Assembly (NCBI GenBank): GCA_010909165.1
Contig: VJWM01000187.1
Location: forward strand, 372,545-436,544
Direction of reading: 5' to 3'
Origin: Anthoceros angustus
Lineage: Eukaryota > Plantae > Anthocerotophyta
DNA length: 64,000 bases
In this document: piece by piece, positions 59,379-64,000 of the stretch
Position numbering within the stretch: the first letter of the stretch is position 1
Layout: each line of letters begins with the position of its first letter
The notes under the pieces: model-generated
The model's database searches: none
What the model saw: only the letters and a program-made list of their open reading frames with translations
What the model was told of the DNA's origin: nothing
Position numbers and translations under genes: made by a program

Positions 59379-61995
59379 TGGAACGCCAAATTTTGGGTCC
59401 ATTGGAAGAGGGGCGATGCCTCTAGTTTTGTTCATATTAGTTAGGTTTTATTTTCTTTCTTTTTTCTCACCAATGTAACATCGACGGGAAGACAAAGAAC
59501 AAGGAATGGGCAAGTGGAGAAGTGACAAGATTTATAAATCTCGAATCGGACGGATGTAAAGGAGGAAAACAGATTCAAAACGGGTCCAACTGATGTAAAG
59601 GATTGAGGTCCCGGACAGAGGTCCGGAAAGTTTACGCTACGAGGAAGGTTCTGCTGAAGGCCGAACCGCCAAGAAGGAGGGGCGTGCCGCCTAGCATGGC
59701 GGGCGCCAGTCACGCCCGCCTGCACCCCGACATGCAATGAGAAAGTCCTTACTCCACCAGAAGACGCGGCCGAGAAGGGTTCATGAGCTGCGACAGCGCC
59801 GCAATTTCTCATTGGCCGAGGTCGAGCTGAGGTGAGGTGAGCCGATGACAGCGCAAAGGAGGAAGAGGCGCAAGACCAAGGAGGAGCGCATGCATGCATA
59901 TATAGAGAATCCCTGGCGCCGGAGGAAGAAATCAGGCCTGGCCCTTCGTGGTTGAGGAATTCCAAACGTCAACAAGGGGAAAGGTCCTTGGCCTTGGACA
60001 GGGAAATTTCTGTCCCTGGCCTTTGGGGTGTGGAAAATCCTTCCTCACCCATATATATGTAAGCAGAGGGGGAGGCTGGCCAAGCCAAGAATGAAGAACT
60101 GGAGGCCAAACTCAAGGAGCTGGAGGGAGGACGGCCACATGGAGTAAGGAGCGTGAGGAGCTCATGAAGCAAGCAACGGAGGTCACCAATGGTGGAAGGA
60201 AGAGGTAGCCCACCGGAGGAAAATGATGCATCGCATGCCGGTCCGTGAAGCAACGCCAGTTGATTATGCATGGCGCAAGGGACACCGGAGGCATGGAAGA
60301 GAGATGCCGAGAATGTCACTTACGCCTTCGCTTGAGTGAGGTGACGCTGAGAGGATGCGCTATGGTAAGATAGCCTCGGAGAGTGGCCCGAGGAATTTGA
60401 TGAGATTTGTTTGAAGGGCCGTGAGATGCGTGTCCACTTATATGCTAGGTCAACAAGTTCGCCAAGGAGATGCGCTCCTGTTGACAAGGAAGTTGTTGGG
60501 TCCCCACGATGACGACATGGAGATTTTGGAAGAACACCTCAACTTCGAGATCTGTGGACTTGAGAGTGAAATGGATGCGTAAGGCCCAATGTGGAGGAGC
60601 CAATGGAAGAGGAAGAGATTGCCAGCAGCCAGAGTTGGTGGGGTGTCACAGGACAGATGTGAGCTGCACCAACACCCAACCGCCTGGAGGTAATTGCATG
60701 CTGGCCGCATGATGGTTACAGAGAGGCTCACAAGAGCGCCAAGAGGGGGTGGCGCCCACCGCCATCACTGGGAAGACAGTGGTGGAGGTTCCCGCGACGA
60801 TTTAGTGAAGAGATCCCATAGGGACAAATTCCCAAGCCAAGAGGATTGTTAAGACGGTTAAGGCCCGCCACGCCAACCCAAATAAGAAAATAGTCATAGG
60901 GGAGTGAATGGGTCATTAAGACTTTAGGGGTTAGTGGATTGTTAGGAGGTAGGTTAAGAACCTTTAAGAGGCCACCTACTTAAAACCATAAGCAACCCCA
61001 CCCACCCCACCGCATTTAATTAATGCTAGGGTTTGGGGAGCTCCTATAAGAGGGGAGGAGCTCCCATAAAATGTCATGCCTTGCCTCCGACTGTGTGCTT
61101 GTCTTGCTACACAAGCGCGGCCGACTGTGAGGGTGCATGGTGTCCGTAGGGTCTTGAGGTGCGTGACTGTGGTGAGGGCGGGCCCAAACCTTCTTTCCGG
61201 AGGTAGCAGCCGGCAGCTCGAGCGCATTGTGGCGAACGGTGCGGCTGCATCGGTAAAGGGAAGACCCTAGCAAAATCCAAAGACGCTGGACGCCACCAGC
61301 CAAATGTCCGCCTAGGTCCGTGAGGGCAATGCCCTATGATCTCGAGGCGCTGCCGGGAGGCTGTGAGGGCGCCTGTAGATAGTTAGCTAGGAAGAGTGGA
61401 AGAGGTAGATTAGAGAAGAGAGGAGAAGAGAGGAGAAAAGAGAGAAAAGAGAAAAGAAAAGAGAGAGCGAGAGAGAGCGAGAGTGAGAGAGAGACGAGAG
61501 GAGCTAGAGAGGATAGGGAGCAAGAGAGGAGAAGGAAGGAGCAAGAGAGAAAAGACAAAAAAGACAAAAAGAGAAGAGAGGAGGACGAAACCTAGAAAAG
61601 AGAGGAAGGTGAAATTTCAAGGTGGATAAGAGCTGAGGGGCGGCCCCAAATTTGTCATGAGAAGGGTCTTAGGAGTGTAGGAATGCTACCGGTGGGAGGA
61701 TTGCCCACCCATTTATGGGATTTGGGGTCCCTAAGGTCGCTACCAGCATCTCTCGTAGGTCCGCGCCGCCGACGAGTCATCGCGGCGTAGGGTAGTGTGA
61801 CTTACCGAGGTGTGGCGCAGGAGGGGCGCTTAGCCGGGCGCCTGCACGGGAGTCAGAGAGTCGGAGGCCGGCCGTGAGGGCGCACTCCATTCCGGGAAGG
61901 GCTCCCCCACCTTCGTGGGAACGAAACCACCGTAGTAAGAAAAGGGACAAGTGTCCACAGGTGAGGGTTCCGGGGTCCCGGAACCTCCCACCACA
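59379..61995 (+). repeat. Second copy of the 2.6-kb Gypsy-2 LTR (solo-like)
   Basis: Colinear with 45013-47610 and flanked on both sides by the interrupted spacer (gaggact | taactttct). Confidence 0.85.
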
Positions 61996-62610
61996 ATTAA
62001 CTTTCTCCTAAGGGATAGTTTTTGCCCACCTTTTCAAACCCAGGAGCAAAGATTTGCATAGTACTAAATTGCCCAAGAATGTGGTCGCTAGAATGAAGGT
62101 AAGGATAGTCTAAAATCTTATGAAAGGAGTCATGTCCATGCACAGATGTTTGATTTAACGTGAAGTAAAAATCTTGTCACTAAAGGACGGACTCGTACCA
62201 ATCCATGAAGTCCATGGCCAAACCTTTAACTTTGCATGGTGAGTGTGCATGAGTGTGTTGGGAATGCATGAATGGATGTGGAATGCGGCGCATGTATGGA
62301 TGGCGCTCGGATGCATAGGATTCACCGGCGCTTAAGAGAGTCTCGTCACGGCATATGTCGCATTATGGGACGGACATACCCTCACATCATTCTCCACGAC
62401 AAACATTTGACCCCTTGCTCAGCAAGCATAACAAAGGTAGCATCCTCGCCTATTGATACATTTAATTTAGGAGAAAAAGTCACCGACCATGTCAATGCAA
62501 GTATGTGAGTCAAGCTCAAGCTATTTGATTGAAGGCAAGTTCACGGCGATAATCTAAGGCTCAATTCCCGAGCTCTTCCAAACAAAAATTCCCACTTTGC
62601 AAAAACCATT
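61996..62610 (-). repeat. TFIIB tandem unit spacer f, right part, plus TFIIB C-terminal codons
   Basis: Matches 11330-11940 and 23950-24005 (WFLQSGNFCLEELGN*). Confidence 0.85.
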
Positions 62611-64000
62611 TGTGAACGTAAAAGTTTGGGCAACCAACCCAAAAGGCCAAAAGACGAACAAGTTTGATTTTTTTTGGCTAGAACGATTGAAGAGGAGCAT
62701 GCCGAAAATTTCGAGAATCTTGAAGCCGGAGTTGTAGGATATTGTTAGGAAGGCAAGAGGATATCCCAGAAGAAGAACGGGTAACGACCCCAGCGAGGAG
62801 GGCACCAAAAGGTTGGTCGACTACCGTAGGTCGCACACCACGTAGGCCGAGTAAGGGAGCGATCATCATGTAAGCCGCGTATCATCATGTAGGTCACAAT
62901 CGCCAAAAAGGAAATTTAGAATAGAGGGGGATATCCACTATATATGCTCACCAATAGGGAATAAATATATAAGTAATTAGAGTTAATTAGGATAGCAGTG
63001 ATAGGAAAATAGGTAGTTTAGATAGAATTAGGATTTTGGAATGATGAACCAATCTAGGGTTGTGCGCCAGTGGCGCATATCCAAAGAGGGCAAAGTGCGC
63101 TGGGGCCTCCACTTCAAGAGCTAGAACGGAGCGGAGTTGAGCGTAAGACGCAGAAGGAAGACCATCGCCAAGAGAAGCGCCATCGCGCGAGCAGGCGGAA
63201 GGAGGCTCACCGCAACCGCACCGCAGCTTCCTGGCGTCGCCCGAGCCCCGATCCCACTTCACAAGGCGGCTAGCAACCGGCCCCATACTAAAGCTAGATT
63301 CAAAATCAAGGGTGCACCAAACCGTGGCCAAAAATGAACCCCACTCACTCACCGGTCAATGACCACTTTCTTGCCGTTTTCACCTCTGAAGGTTAGTTCT
63401 CACCTCGCGATTAATTTTCCTACTAGGATTTTTACAGAGTAGACATTTTTCATATTCATTCCCATATATTTAAAACTCCATCAATTTCATATTTTATTAA
63501 ATATCATCAAATATTCTTTTTCCATAATTATTTTATCCTAAGCTCAAAATTTACTCAAGAAGTAAATCAGCTTTAATTTTTACTGGAGAATCATTGTCCA
63601 TATTTTCTTTTGCTAGTTCTATAGCCCTTAACACTATCTACAACTTTGCTTCACATTGTATAGTGAAAACACGACTTGAAGGTCCTCATTTTCAAATCCT
63701 TGTCGAAACTATTTTACGAAGTTTGTCATTTTATATCTCCTTCATGAAAATCCAATGACAATGAAACTTGGTCCATGTACTTCATACTACTTTTGAGACT
63801 ACTCAAAAAAAAGTCTATTACTATTGTCATGTGTGAGATATTTCAAATTCCTCTAAGGTGACAAAAAGTGACACGTTGCCCTTGTTTAAATGCATACTGC
63901 TTGTTAGTGAATACTCAAACCATGCATGCACCCGGAGGACAGCAATCCTTGGATAGTGTTTGGCAGCCTTCCCGACCCATGGCGGCGACACAAGACTAAG
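62611..64000. other. Unassigned insertion, probably part of another transposable element
   Basis: Starts TGTGAACG at a break in TFIIB. AT-rich with TATA-like boxes at ~62940-62970 and a GC-rich island at 63040-63340. No recognisable domain. Confidence 0.3.

Noticed and set aside
1-64000. Pervasive frameshifts as evidence that all genes are dead or use programmed frameshifting
   Set aside because: Indels are scattered, often in homopolymers, and differ between copies, even within non-coding LTR pairs. This is consistent with sequencing or consensus error.

Overview
Eukaryotic, repeat-dense nuclear DNA, most likely from a non-seed land plant such as a bryophyte. That assignment is an inference from telo-boxes, short GT-AG introns with CTAAC branch points and plant-type Gypsy/Copia elements. 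No conventional single-copy host gene is evident. Aligned repeat copies differ by many 1-bp indels, as in unpolished long-read consensus, so all proteins below were reconstructed by eye across copies and frameshifts are not interpreted. The backbone of the window is a ~2.5-kb tandem unit carrying a divergent, intronless TFIIB-like gene with its own TATA box; at least 6 partial copies are present. Nested into this array are: (i) three copies plus one inverted fragment of a ~9.8-kb Crypton-like DNA transposon, encoding a multi-exon tyrosine recombinase (R, K, KxxR, H, Y residues recoverable) and a divergently transcribed multi-exon gene of unknown function; (ii) a Ty3/Gypsy element with 620-bp LTRs and a Tf1-like self-priming signature instead of a tRNA PBS; (iii) a second Gypsy with ~2.6-kb LTRs; (iv) a near-complete Ty1/Copia with an apparent antisense spliced gene in its 3' region. 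The most novel candidates are the two-gene Crypton-like element in a plant-like genome and the tandemly amplified TFIIB paralog.
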